A stretch of DNA of 63,043 bases, filler included, from Octopus bimaculoides (GCF_001194135.2; 4 parts of 4 records of this genome joined end to end with filler, not necessarily neighbours in it), one strand, 5' to 3'; numbered from the whole stretch's first letter, positions 26,350 to 39,249 are shown. Notes: generated by a model not told the origin, from the letters alone. Numbers and translations: made by a program.

Positions 26350-26807
26350 CGAGGTGCATTCAAAAAGTAAACGACTATTTTTTTCCAGTCAAAACTAATG
26401 CTGCGCGAGCAAATCTTTTTGGTGGAAGGTGGCGCCGCTCTTCCTGCGCATGCGTGAAACTTTTCACACCAAAAGGCACTGATTCATTGTTATGGTGGAA
26501 TTCAAGAAATTCGAGATATTAAGAAGTTTAGATTTAATTAAACTTTTACTAATATTGCTCTTGATATTTCAAATATGGCGTTGTACGAGTTTCTCTTTTT
26601 AGCTGGGTTTTATTCGAAGGATTTCATTGAGATTTTATTGCGTCGGAATATAAATCAGTTTCCGGCTGTTACCCCCCCCCCCAAAGTACCCACGTGTCGT
26701 GCACGCTCGTTGGATTTTTCCTTTTCACCGAACGCATCGGATTTTGTTCATTCGGCATTAGTTTTGGCGGGAAAAGATAAAGTCGGATACTTCTTGAATT
26801 CAACTCG
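26350..26807. mobile_element. Non-autonomous mariner (MITE)
   Basis: Left CGAGGTGCATTCAAAAAGTAAACGAC matches the reverse complement of the right end CGAGTTGAATTCAAGAAGTATCCGAC at 21 of 26 positions. TA follows the right end. Mariner-type TIR. Confidence 0.75.
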
Positions 26808-27052
26808 TATATTCATGTCTTGACTTCTAGTTTCCTGTTTGCATCACAAAATAACAAGGAAAACAAACCGATAATAGAAGACAGTTTAACCCTTCATCAG
26901 CTATCAACCAAATACCACCAGATTTTCGACACTTATAATATTTTTTCAATTTGCTGTTATCAGTACTTCAGGTGTACACAGGAGCAGAGATGATAGACGA
27001 ATGCAGATAGAAAAAATTAGAGCGGTACATATACACGCGTGCACACACACAG

Positions 27053-27083
<31 letters not shown>

Positions 27084-27324
27084 GAGAATAAGCACAATAA
27101 AGACTAAATTTCACATGAAGTTCATACCTTCATGTGTTCGACAGCTGTTTCACTGAGATAATTATCTCCAAAAGTCTAATTACATACATATGCTACATAA
27201 TAAGTTCAAATTAAATTAATGTTGTGTTTATGCAAGTCACCATGAATATTATGTGTTATAATGTTGAGAAAACTATTAGTGGTTTAAATAGATACATACA
27301 CACACACACACACATGCATATGAT

Positions 27325-27360
<36 letters not shown>

Positions 27361-27628
27361 GCGCGCTGATCGTTCCCATGACCCTCCTCTCCTATGGTCT
27401 TTCCAGCATATTTCCGGTTTGTTTCCTTGGATTCTACATTCTCCTAAGACTGAAGCCCATCGGGTGTACCTGTACCCTATCTCAATGGTACCTCACTCAT
27501 AGGTGTCCCTATAATTAACATAAACATCACCAAACCAACAGACACGTGCATCAAAATACACATACACCCAAAGAATTCGCACATACACTTACACAAATAT
27601 ATATGCATATAAATATACATGCATATCA

Positions 27629-27670
<42 letters not shown>

Positions 27671-27914
27671 ACGTATGTATGTGTGTATGTATACACGCAC
27701 AGATATAAACTCATCTAAAAGCACATATAGACACACCGCGTCGGGATACGGGAATAAAATATGTAGAAGAGGACGATACAAACACAAAAACACAATGCAA
27801 TCCCCCCACCCCACCCCCAGACACACACACAAAAGAGAGACAAAATTATCCATATCTATCATTAACAAGCAATTAGTACTTGACAGAGGGAAGACTTGAC
27901 AGTCATTATGTGTG

Positions 27915-27964
<50 letters not shown>

Positions 27965-29168
27965 GAGAGGGATGAATGTATATATACATATGTAAATATG
28001 TGTGTTTGTGTATATATGTATGTATATATGCAAGTATAATATATATATAGATGTAATCCAGGTCCCTCTCTTCCCTGCCCTATTCTATTGTAATATGGCG
28101 AGCTCCCTTTTTTGTTATATTGGATGTGGCATGTGAAAATAAGGGCCACACAGAGAAAAGAGGCAGCACGGTTATTGCAGTCCAGTTGGTCAGTTTCCTA
28201 ATCTGTCCCACTGATTGTAGTTGGGTAATCCATCTTTATGTCGACATTTTTGCTGTTCCCGTTATTGTTGTTGATTTTCTTCAGTGTGTCTATGTACTGT
28301 GTATTTTTATGTATCTGTCTGTCTGTCTGTCTATCTATCTACTTACCTACCTACCTACCTGTCTGTCTGTCTGTCTGTGTCTATCTATCTATCTATCTGT
28401 CTGTCTGTGTGTCTTCATCCGTTTGTTTAGATCAGACATGAAAAGAATAATATTGTTTAGGATGGAATTTGAACTCAAAAACTCCTGGAATACAATTCCA
28501 GGCTTCGGTTATCGCAAATTATACAATATCCATACTAACATCGATAATTATTCGTAATCAATATTCGATTGGTAATTAACTTATCAACTCCGAAATGCTA
28601 AAAGCATATGGGGCCGTTGTGTGATCTGAACACAGTGCGTGTGTTAAAGCCCCTAACTAAATACTGCGAAGTCGTGTTGACGTTTACCACTGACCAGTTT
28701 TGGGTGAAGTTATTCACTTCGCGTATAATTTGATAAAGATTTCGCAGCAACATTTTTATTTTCAACGATTTTGTCCCGAATAAAGTTTAGAGTCACCGTT
28801 GCGTAAGGGACTACAAGAAGGAAAAGATGTCGGTTGATAGAAAGCTTAAAGGACTGGATATCATAGACTAGGGGAAAAGAAGACGCTGAGCAGCAGTTCG
28901 AGGAAAGAACTTATTAGAAGCGAAAGACTTAGGACTAGTTGGAAACTCAACAGAGAAACGATTCGCCTGGGAAGCGAAGTGGTCGACAGATTTAACGGTC
29001 AGGACCAAAACCAGAGATAGAAAACGTGGCCTTTCCCTTCTTGTTCGTTATTATGCCGGAATATAAAGGATTATGGTCAGTCTTCGGATTTTTGACATTC
29101 TGCTGGATTATGAAGTATCCGCCAGAATCTGAAGAATGAGTCGAATTATGGAGAATGTGTTGGATTAT

Positions 29169-29239
29169 AAGACTTTCCTGGATAATAAAGAACATGATTA
29201 TGAATATTCAGAATACGAGGAATGTGAAAAATATCTGCG

Positions 29240-29270
<31 letters not shown>

Positions 29271-29275
29271 CTTTC
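29169..29275 (+). mobile_element. Short polyadenylated retro-insertion
   Basis: AAGACTTTC (29169-29177), then about 60 nt containing AATAAA, then A29, then AAGACTTTC (29267-29275). Confidence 0.45.
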
Positions 29276-29529
29276 GAGGTGATATTTTTCAATTATCACT
29301 GTTGGTAAATTAGTCAGTGTTAATTTATGGTTGGGGGGGAGGTGGTTATGAAGGGCTAAGAAGAGGTTAACTAGAGGTTAAGTAGTGGGGATGGGGTTGG
29401 CGGCGTATAATAGATATACAAGGGGACAGATCGGATCATCTGTGTGTACAGCAACGACGTTAGATTTACACTGACGTCATTGCAAGATGTCTCCAATTGA
29501 GATGCATTTCGTTTATTCCTTATTCCAGC

Positions 29530-29788
29530 AATCCCTTCAGCTAAAATGCTAAGTTACGGGAACGTAAACACACCATCACCGGCTGCCAATCGTTGGGGTG
29601 AAAAAAAACAAACCATAAACACAGACACACACCACAAACTTCCACACAGTTTCCGTCTATGAAATTCACTCGCAAGGAATTGGATGATCCGGAGTTACAC
29701 TAAAAGACATTTGCTCACCAAGGTGCCGCGCAGTGGGTCCGAGCCGGAAACCACGTGGTTGCCAAGCGAGCTCCTTAACCACTCGGTC
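29530..29788 (-). mobile_element. tRNA-headed SINE with CORE-like domain, decayed
   Basis: Aligns in reverse with the 61870-62280 family (GCTAAGTTACGGGAACGTAAACACACC; CAGTTTCCGTCT; CCAAGGTGCCGCGCAGTGGG). Confidence 0.75.
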
Positions 29789-30697
29789 ACACACACACAC
29801 AACACACACACACACACACACACACGCGCGCAAATGGGTTTGTTGTTTGTCCTGTTCGAAACATAACGATAGACGAGACACGGATAACCGAGATGAAGTG
29901 AGGCGTCGGGTATCAATTTTCGGTGAAGGGGGTAGGAAGAANNNNNNNNNNNNNNNNNNNNNNNNNNNNNNTTGAACCTAATAACCGTTTATTTACTGAT
30001 AGGGGTCTGGTCATTGTGGGATCACACCCGGAGATACAAGGCATCCGTTAATGGGCTCACGTGGAATTACTACCTCGTTTGTCAGTAATGTGTCAAAGGG
30101 AGGGAGAGAGAGAGAGAGAGAGAGAGAGAAAGAAAGAGAGAGAGAGAGAGATAGGATGAGAGAGAATAAGTGGGGAGAATGATAGGGGTGCATTGACGAA
30201 AGCGTGAGATCATGTGTATCTGGGTAGATATGGAAGTGTAGAATGTGTATATATATGTACACTTCTATATGTGAAGGTGTTTGTGTGTGTGTGTGTGTAT
30301 GCATTGTGTGTGGTGTATAAGTACAATATGTTTCATAAGAATAAATTTATATTTATAAATATATATATTTTGCATAAAAACACTCAATTCTTGTAATATA
30401 ACTGAATATCTTACAAACACATACATATATACAAACGTGTGTGTATATATATATACATGTACATACACACACACACACACATATATATGTAGAGAGAGAG
30501 AGAAGTTTATATATCCTCGTGTATGTATATATGCTTGTATGTATGTTAAAATACTGGGACAGCGCGAATAGGTTGTAAATATGAGTGCATGTGTGTATAT
30601 ATACAAATATGTATATATATCTATATATATATATGCATATATTCATATATATATATACATTTATATATGTGAGTATGCATATACGTTTGTATATAAA

Positions 30698-30754
<57 letters not shown>

Positions 30755-32074
30755 ATGCATGCATACATGTATGTGTATTTATTTATATATGTAGATATAC
30801 ATATATTTCTATGTATGCATGTATATATACATATATATATATACATACACACAAATATATGAACATTACCCATATGGATATATGAAGGTGTGTATACGTG
30901 AAGTTAGTGGAAGATGAGCGCAGCAAACAATACTCCACCCCTTCCCCTTCCAACAACAACCCTCCGCCAACCCATGACACTGTTTTCCTCTCAAAGCTCG
31001 TCCCTCCCTCGAAGCACACACACGTCCCCTTCCCACCCCTTCCATCATCAGGGAGAGATGAAGAAGAGAGGAGGAGGAGGAGGAGGAGAAGCAGGAGGAA
31101 GAAAGAGGGGGAAGCTGCCGTCAGTCAGTGGAGCGGAACCATTGTGGACAAACGTTACCACTTTTGACATGGTTGATTCAATTCTCGTTGTGGTCAGGAT
31201 CACATAATTAGTTTCTCACAACAATGGACCTTTCTGTCAACCTCACCACCACCACCACCACCCTGCAGCCGCCACACCAGCATCATAGCACTATCATATC
31301 TACCACTACTACCACTACTACCATCGCCCCCACCATCATCACCTCCCTTATCAGTACCATCGCCATTAACAGCACCACCACCATCACCACCACCTCTTCT
31401 ATCATCATCACCGTTAGCACTACCATCATTACTATCGCCACAGTGACAACCATCCCCAGACCACCACCACTACCGCCGCCCCACCCACATTTGGAAACAA
31501 GAGAGGGGTTAAGGGCCACAGAAAATGTTTAGGCGTTAGGGTTAAGGAGTAAAGAGAGGATTTAAAATCAGAGAACGCGGATGGCAAGATGCGACGAAGT
31601 TCCTGTGAAAGGATTAGGGTCAGGGTTAGAGTTAAGATGTAGTCAAGGCAGGAAGGGGTTAGTTTCTGGTCAAGACCCTAGTTAAGTTGTGGTTAAGGGA
31701 TATTTGGAGGAGCAACACTTTGGGTATCGCTCCGGGACGCACATTTTCCAAGCTTTCTCAACCAACCTGCGACACATCTAATTAGGCACGGAAACGTGTT
31801 GCGGCACACTAACCGCGTTGATAAGAATTTTACTAACGCACACACACACACACACACACACATTAATGTTTGTGCGTGTTCAGTTATAATAAAAGCACTT
31901 TCATACATGATGGGTTACTCTATACTTTTGTAGAATACAAATTTATTATTCTTATACAAGAATGTTGTTGATAATGAAATCGAAGTTCCGGCCACCTAAG
32001 CCATCATCGGACGATGGCTTACTTAGCAGGCCAAAACTTCCAAGTCATTGTCAACAACATTTCTTGTTTAAGAA

Positions 32075-32118
<44 letters not shown>

Positions 32119-32119
32119 C

Positions 32120-32212
32120 ACCCCGGGAGCGCAGTAGGCAGCTCGTTAGTCTCACAATCAAAGCAAACGTAGAGCCATCTGACGGTCGTGAGTTCAATCC
32201 TCACCCAGGGCA
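32120..32212 (+). tRNA. Intron-containing elongator tRNA-Met-like gene, probably a pseudogene (anticodon reads CAC)
   Basis: ACCCCGG-GA-GCGC-AGTAGGCA-GCTC-G-TTAGT-CTCACA-[20-nt intron 32157-32176]-A-TCTGA-CGGTC-GTGAG-TTCAATC-CTCAC-CCAGGGC-A. Exons resemble eukaryotic tRNA-Met(e) and the intron is at canonical position 37/38. Two acceptor-stem mismatches, T8G and a D-stem mismatch indicate decay. Confidence 0.8.
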
Positions 32213-32221
32213 GTACTTTAT

Positions 32222-32349
32222 AGATGCAGGCGTGGCTGCGTGGTAAGAAGCTTGCTTCCCAGCCACATGGTTCCTTAGGCAAGTGTCTTCTACTAGAGAC
32301 GGTGCTGAGGCATGGTCGCAGTGAAATGAATGAAACAAGTGAATGAATA
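32222..32349 (+). mobile_element. Internally deleted CORE-like SINE
   Basis: Head GGCGTGGCTGCGTGGTAAGAAGCTTGC..GGCAAGTGTCTTCTACTA fused to tail GGTGCTGAGGCATGGTCGCAGT..GAAACAAGT. Confidence 0.75.
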
Positions 32350-33011
32350 ACAGAATAGAAATGTATAAATATATACAATGCAAGTGTTGAGATACAAAGG
32401 GTGTCCGAGCGCAGTAACGGAGAACATCGTCTTTGGGTTATACAGTTATGGTTAAGCTAAGTGTATGACACGGGTAGATGCAGGGGTTAAAGTTCTAGTT
32501 ATGGGGTGGTTGATACAGTTGATTAACTTTCGTTGTTGTTTGAGGTGTTACGGTTGGATTAGCGTTGGTTAAGGGTGTGTGGTTTTTTGTTGGCGGTTAT
32601 GTTTGTCGTAAAGGTCTGATACGGGTGTGTCGGGTAGGAATAGGGTTAGAGTTCGGCTTAGGGTGTGACTGGCCGAAATTTTAATGTTGCATTAGCTTTG
32701 GTTTAGGGTGAATCACGGGTATGTTATGCTGAGATACGGGTACATATGTGGAGTTAAGTTGTGGTTTGGATTGCGGTTAGGACGTGAGTTAAGAAGGAGC
32801 GCGCAAATAAGGGTGGAATGGAAGACAGGGAAAAAAGGAGAGGGATCGAGAAAGAGGAGGAGGAATGAGAAAGGAGAGTAGGCGAGTAGGAGAGAGGGGA
32901 AAGGAAGGGTGTGTAATTGTGTGTGCGTATATGTGTGTGTATTTAAATGTGTGTGTAAATTTAAATGTGTGTGTGTGTGCGTGCGTATAATATACTTAAG
33001 CAGAGTATGAG

Positions 33012-33225
33012 AAGGCGGGTGGCTTAGTGGTTAGGTTGTTCGGATCACCAATAAGAGTTCGATTCCCGGCGATGCGTTGTGTCCTTGAGTAAGACACTTT
33101 ATTTCATGTTGGTCCAGTCTCCTCAGCTGGCAAAAACTAGTGACTGGTTACTACTAGCATGTCATTGACCCTTAGTTTTCTGGATCAGGGCAGATCCGGG
33201 GCTAACCAATAGCAACGATAATGAA
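33012..33225 (+). mobile_element. tRNA-headed SINE (GTTGTGTCCTTGAG core), internally deleted
   Basis: A-box TGGCTTAGTGG, B-box GTTCGATTCC, GTTGTGTCCTTGAGTAAGACACTTTATTTCA, tail GGGGCTAACCAA. Confidence 0.75.
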
Positions 33226-33861
33226 GGGCAAAATACGAGATTAAAAGATGGAAGAATGTACAAGTAACCTTTCTTCGTTCAACGCTTCTCTCGACCGCCA
33301 CCACTCCTACTGTCACAACAACAACAACAACAACGCCATTGCCGAATACACTTGCCTAGCATCACCGTCACCTACATCCACCTATACTATGCTACAGTTA
33401 ACACTACCAGTACGACTGACGTTTTCTCTATAATCATTTCCGTGGTGGTGGTCAGATCGATGCTACATGCGCGCTAGCTACGGAGATACGGTCGTTGCAT
33501 CATGGTTACGGTGCGTGGCAGTTGGGGTGGTGACGATGGGGGTCATCGCGGTGGAATAATATGTGTTGATACAGGGAATGGAGATTAGGGTGTGTTCAAT
33601 TGTTCGACGTTGCAGGTAACACAGAAACACACACAAACATTGTTTTAAATTTATGTATGTAGGTTTTATATATATATATATATATATATACATTTGTTTA
33701 TTTGTATATATGTATGTACATATATCTATCTCTTTATATAATATTCACTAGCAGATGTATATGTATACAAACACACATCTACATATATATGCATATGTAT
33801 GTGTACAAATAAATAAATATATATATATATATACATACACACACATACGTATAGGAACGTA

Positions 33862-33921
<60 letters not shown>

Positions 33922-34152
33922 TGTGTGTGAGCGTGCAAGTGTGTGTGCATGTGTATGTGTGTGTGCATGTACCTGAATGTGTGCGTCTTAGGCGACATAA
34001 TTCTAAATAGAAAACGGAACGAATAAGACCTCCCCCCCTTCCCACCCCAAATCGGAACACAGATTGTGTTCCCATCAGATATTGAACCAGAATCTCCACA
34101 GTTCGCTGGCTCTAAATTGAAGCAGATAACATCGTCCACACTGTTTACTGAA

Positions 34153-34252
34153 NNNNNNNNNNNNNNNNNNNNNNNNNNNNNNNNNNNNNNNNNNNNTTAA
34201 TTAATTAANNNNNNNNNNNNNNNNNNNNNNNNNNNNNNNNNNNNNNNNNNNN
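34153..34252. other. Artificial scaffold-joining spacer
   Basis: 44 N + TTAATTAATTAA + 44 N. Confidence 0.95.
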
Positions 34253-34287
<35 letters not shown>

Positions 34288-34289
<2 letters not shown>

Positions 34290-34718
34290 AGTGAGCTAGC
34301 AGAATTGTTAGTATGCTGGACAAAACGCTTAGTGGCATTTATTCCATTTTTTAAGTCCTAAGTTCAAATTCCATCAAGGTTGACTTTGCCTTTTTTCCTT
34401 TAGGGGTTAATAGAATAAGTTCCAGTCTCACATTGGGGTTAGTCCTTACCTTGAATTTTCTGGCCTTGTGACAAAATTTGAAACCAATATTCTAGGGGAG
34501 GAGAGAGAGATAGCAATGAGCTGGCACCATTGTTAGCATGCTGAATAAAATGCTTAGCAGTATTTCTTCTGTCTCTAAATTCTGAGTTCAAATTCTGTTG
34601 AGGACAACTCTGCCTTTTATCTTTCAAGGTCGGTAAAATAAGTACCTGTTGATTGATGTAATTGGCTAGTACCCTTCTCCTAAATTTCAAGCCCTGTGCT
34701 TGAGATAGGATTATTATA
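34288..34718 (+). mobile_element. Two tandem decayed SINEs (GGCGAGCTGGCAGAA family), 34288-34490 and 34512-34718
   Basis: Both show GAGCT(A/G)GCA..TTGTTAG, AGTTCAAATTC and AATAAGT(T/A)CC, and are CpG-depleted. Confidence 0.75.
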
Positions 34719-35481
34719 TTAAAGTAGGAAGTGTTGTGTTGGATCGGAGACTGTATTGGAATAAGAAACTATGATAGAGAGAGAGAAGCAGGTGTCTTGC
34801 AGAGGAGGTGATTGCATGGCTTGTCCACCTGCAAAGTGATAGAAAGAAAGAGATGTGAGGTCTAGGTACAACGTGAATAAGACAGAATAGGATAAAAGAG
34901 CAGAAAATGTAGATTTGTAGGTAAATCTACTGAGTAAAAATAGTGTGATAGATGACTAGAGATAGGGAATGAGTTGGATGTAGAGGATATCAGTTCAGTG
35001 TAGGGTGAAGAGAAGAAAAGAGGGTAACATAGAAGATTGATGGAAGAGTAGGTGTCAGAAGATGAGGTGAACGGGAAGGGCATGACAGAACCGCAGTTCT
35101 GCTGAGATGGACAGGTTGTCTCAAGCACAGCTTAATGCCATTCGTCTTGGTTCCCGCCTCATCTCCTCTGAAGGGGCTCAACATCTTGAAGTCAGTCTTC
35201 TTTGTGAATTTCTTTTGCTAATTTCATATTGGAGAAAGATGTAAATGTTCAATTAAAAAACAACAACAACAACCAAATGCATGAGAACAAAAATATTTCG
35301 TAGGGTTTATTCTGTCTGAATTAAACAAATATTTCTTTGTCACTCTCACCATCAGAACTGCAGTGAATCAGTGTCTGACTGAATAGAAACCTCTAACTAG
35401 TAAATTAGTGACTGGCTCATTGGAAACCTGATTTTCCTGTGTTGCTGACACAAGATTCTCTTTCATTGTGTTTCAGAGATA

Positions 35482-36700
35482 CAAGGTGGTACCAACAAGT
35501 TCCTGGACTAGTTCTGTAGCACACCAACAGATGGCAGCACATGGTTACATGCACAGTGAGAGCTAGCAGTGACCTTCATGAGGCAGTGTGCTGGGTGACA
35601 TTGCTGTGTTTACTTCGCAAGTTGTGAAATTTGTGTTTTTGTGACACAGTGTTGTCATTCTAACCTTTAGCATGCTGTAGGTGCATCATGTGCATGCTGT
35701 AGTCTACAATTGTGTCATGGACAAGAACAAAGAGCCAATATGAAATTTTGCATTAAATTTGGAAGTCTGCTACAGAAACATTGAGGATGCTTTGGCAAGC
35801 TTACAGCAATGAGACAATGGGTTGTATGCAATGTTTCAAGTGACACAAGTGTTTCAAAAGCATAAGAACGTTCCTGGAAGATGATGAGCAAACTGGAAGA
35901 CCTACCATAAGTGTCACCCCTGGGAATGTGGAGAAAATTCATAAGTTTGTGCATGAGGATCATTGGAGGACAACCAACAATATTGCTGATATTGTTGGTC
36001 TGTGACATGGGTCCATACAGGCAATCCTAATGTCTGAAATGAACATGAAGCTTATCTCTGCCAAGTTTGTCCCCCACCTGCTGACCACTGAGCAGAAAGA
36101 ACATTGCGTCAAAGTCTGTCAAGATTTCCGTCAGTGTGCTACTGATAACCAATCCTTCGTGTTGAGGATCATCAACTGTGACAAGAATTAGATTTACAAG
36201 CATGACTCTGAGATGAGGCAGCAGCCATCACAATGGAAGAGCTCTTCATCTCCAAGACCAAAGAAGGCACAACAGAGTCGCAGCTCAATCAAGAGCATGC
36301 TCGTTGTTGTTTTTGACATCTGTGCAAGTGTGCATAAAGAATTTATCTCCCAGGGTCACACCATCAATCAAGAGTTTCACTGCGACATTTTGAAGCATTT
36401 GAGGGAGGACATTCGGTGAAAACAACTGGATCTTTGTGGTGTGCAAAGAATTGGATTCTTCATGACAACAATGCACCGTCACTGAGCTCTCCTCACTCAT
36501 GAGTTTCTTACCAAAGGCAAGATGGTATTGCTTCCGCACCCACCCTATTCACCAGATTTAGCACCTGTAAACTTCCATCTCTTCCACAAGATGAAAATGC
36601 AGCTCAAAGATAACTGTTTTAACACTGTTGTCAAGACCAAGAGTGAATCTCAGAAGGTCCTTGATTCCCAGAAAACTACTTCCAGGGCTGGATTGAACAT
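35482..36700 (+). mobile_element. Mariner transposon with disrupted DD34D transposase (ORF from about 35717)
   Basis: TA + CAAGGTGGTACCAACAAGTTCCTGGACT left end. Translation gives KEQRANMKFC, EDDEQTGRP, AKFVPHLLT, WKSSSSPRPKK, HDNNAPS and PHPPYSPDLAPVNF, with several stops and frameshifts. The right TIR was not found. Confidence 0.95.
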
Positions 36701-36779
36701 GGAACATCCATTTAACTGCTTCTTTATTTTACTGAGTTTGTTGTTCAAAGCAAAAGTCTATGTTGTCCCAGAGAAGCAT

Positions 36780-36933
36780 AGTGTTGTCATTCTAGCCTTC
36801 AGCATGCTGTAGGTGCATCATGTTGCCATACCAGTTTCTCCCTTCTCAATGCAACACAATGTACGTGAAGCTACAGGGGAGAAAACTTGTGCAGTGACAT
36901 GATGCACCTAAGCATGCTAAAAGTTAATGCACT
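36780..36933. repeat. About 154-bp fold-back (MITE-like)
   Basis: AGTG..CATT..TTCAGCATGCTGTAGGTGCATCATGT..AGTTTCTCCC is inverted at GGGAGAAAACT..ACATGATGCACCTAAGCATGCTAAAAGTTAATGCACT. One arm also occurs at 35648-35692. Confidence 0.7.
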
Positions 36934-37167
36934 TAAAGTATTTGTCTCTATATTTATTTGCTACATCAGAACCCATGTTGGTTATCAATTCTCTGAAAGA
37001 AGTTATTTATATTGATGGAGAGAAAGCAAAACACTGAGTCAGTATTGCATTCACCATAAGGGAAATAATCCCCAAAAAACACAACTATTATTATTGTGGT
37101 CCTTCAGCACTGGGTAAAATCCTATGATTCAAGCTATGACCAACCCACTTTCTTGTTTTTCTTTGTT

Positions 37168-37584
37168 CTTTACTCTCTTTTACTCTTTTACTTGTTTCAG
37201 TCATTTGACTGTAGCCATGCTGGAGCACCACCTTTAGTCGAGCAAATCGACTCCAGGACTTATTCCTTGTAAGCTTAGTACTTACTCTATCGGTCTCTTT
37301 TGCTGAACCGCAAAGTTACACGGACGTAAACACACCAGCATCGGTTGTCAAGCGATGTTGGGGGGACAAACACAGACACACACACATATACACACACACA
37401 TACATATATATACATATATACGATGGGCTTCTTTCAGTTTCCGTCTACCAAATCCACTCACAAGGCTTTGGTTGGCCCGAGGCTATAGTAGAAGACACTT
37501 GCCCAATGTGCCACACAGTGGGACTGAACCCAGAACCATGTGGTTGGTAAGCAAGCTACTTACCACACAGCCACTCCTACGCCT
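37168..37584 (-). mobile_element. Full-length tRNA-headed CORE-like SINE with internal microsatellite
   Basis: Co-linear with 61870-62280, with a (GAGTAAAA)n tail. Confidence 0.92.
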
Positions 37585-38201
37585 TTNNNNNNNNNNNNNN
37601 NNNNNNNNNNNNNNNNNNNNNNNNNNNNNNNNNNNNNNNNNNNNNNNNNNNNNNNNNNNNNNNNNNNNNNNNNNNNNNNNNNNNNNNNNNNNNNNNNNNN
37701 NNNNNNNNNNNNNNNNNNNNNNNNNNNNNNNNNNNNNNNNNNNNNNNNNNNNNNNNNNNNNNNNNNNNNNNNNNNNNNNNNNNNNNNNNNNNNNNNNNNN
37801 NNNNNNNNNNNNNNNNNNNNNNNNNNNNNNNNNNNNNNNNNNNNNNNNNNNNNNNNNNNNNNNNNNNNNNNNNNNNNNNNNNNNNNNNNNNNNNNNNNNN
37901 NNNNNNNNNNNNNNNNNNNNNNNNNNNNNNNNNNNNNNNNNNNNNNNNNNNNNNNNNNNNNNNNNNNNNNNNNNNNNNNNNNNNNNNNNNNNNNNNNNNN
38001 NNNNNNNNNNNNNNNNNNNNNNNNNNNNNNNNNNNNNNNNNNNNNNNNNNNNNNNNNNNNNNNNNNNNNNNNNNNNNNNNNNNNNNNNNNNNNNNNNNNN
38101 NNNNNNNNNNNNNNNNNNNNNNNNNNNNNNNNNNNNNNNNNNNNNNNNNNNNNNNNNNNNNNNNNNNNNNNNNNNNNNNNNNNNNNNNNNNNNNNNNNNN
38201 N

Positions 38202-38239
<38 letters not shown>

Positions 38240-38819
38240 ATGATTGCATGTGTGTATGTGTGTCCATAAAGGAATGAGAAACAGGAAAAGTATTCCTAAT
38301 GCAATAACAATCATACCATACACACACACACACACACACACACAGATAGCACTTACATACATGCCTGCGCACTACTTCCCCTTTCTTTTCCATACACAAC
38401 TTCCCTACACACATGCACAACCACCACCCTGCCCCTAAGGGCTTATATACTGTACTGAAACAACAGTTTTTCTATTATGTATTAAAAACATATGTTGGTT
38501 TTTTCGTTTTTATTTATTCATTTTTGCTTCATCAGCAAGAAACCCTTAAAAAGAATTTTAACATCTAATTCCATCTTTGTTAAAGAAAAAAAAAATAAAG
38601 GCTTTTACATTTGGATGCTCTTCTGCAGTAACCATTCAATTGTGAAGAATGAAACAAATAGGAAGGGGCACAATGAGATTGCTGTGGTATTAAGGCTTGA
38701 ATCACTAACCATACGGTTAGCAGTGTTGTACCCCAACTTCACAGCCATTGTTTTAAGAATGTGTGAAAGTAAATTTAGAAGACACATATGTTGTCCAAAT
38801 AAATGTCTTAGCTGTCATC

Positions 38820-39020
38820 ATTATCATCATCATCATCATCATCGTCATCATCGTTTTAATGTCCATTTTTCAATGCTTGTATTGGTTGGACAAAATTTGT
38901 TGAGTCAGATTTTTCTGCAGACGGATGGATGCCCTTCCTGTTGCCAACCCTGAACTGTTTCAAAGCAAGTTAACATTTCCTTGTGGCAAAACATGTTTCT
39001 GCAGAATATTGGAAGACATT
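38820..39020 (-). mobile_element. SINE/LINE 3' tail ending in (ATG)n
   Basis: (CAT)n-CGTTTTAATGTCCATTTTTC...GGATGCCCTTCCTGTTGCCAACC, a tail type recalled from other retroposons. Confidence 0.55.
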
Positions 39021-39091
39021 CATTTACAACAACAATACATTATCTGCACAAAAAGACAAAAGGAGACACATGTTCACACACACACGCACAT

Positions 39092-39125
<34 letters not shown>

Positions 39126-39148
39126 GCACACACACGCACACACACACA

Positions 39149-39183
<35 letters not shown>

Positions 39184-39249
39184 TTTGTGCAGGTTCTAAA
39201 GTGTTCCTCTATTTAAACTAAAGTTTTGGGAGTATAGTGCGATTGGCAC

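Noticed and set aside
30866-31532. Low-complexity ORFs (poly-R/E/G, poly-T/H) in a GC-rich stretch
   Set aside because: They derive from (GGA)n and (CAC/CAT)n repeats, with no splice or domain evidence.
36824-36856. Minus-strand TTGAGAA-ggga-GAAA-CTGGTA hammerhead-like string
   Set aside because: Only 4 nt are available for stem II, and GGGAGAAA is part of the fold-back arm present on both sides.
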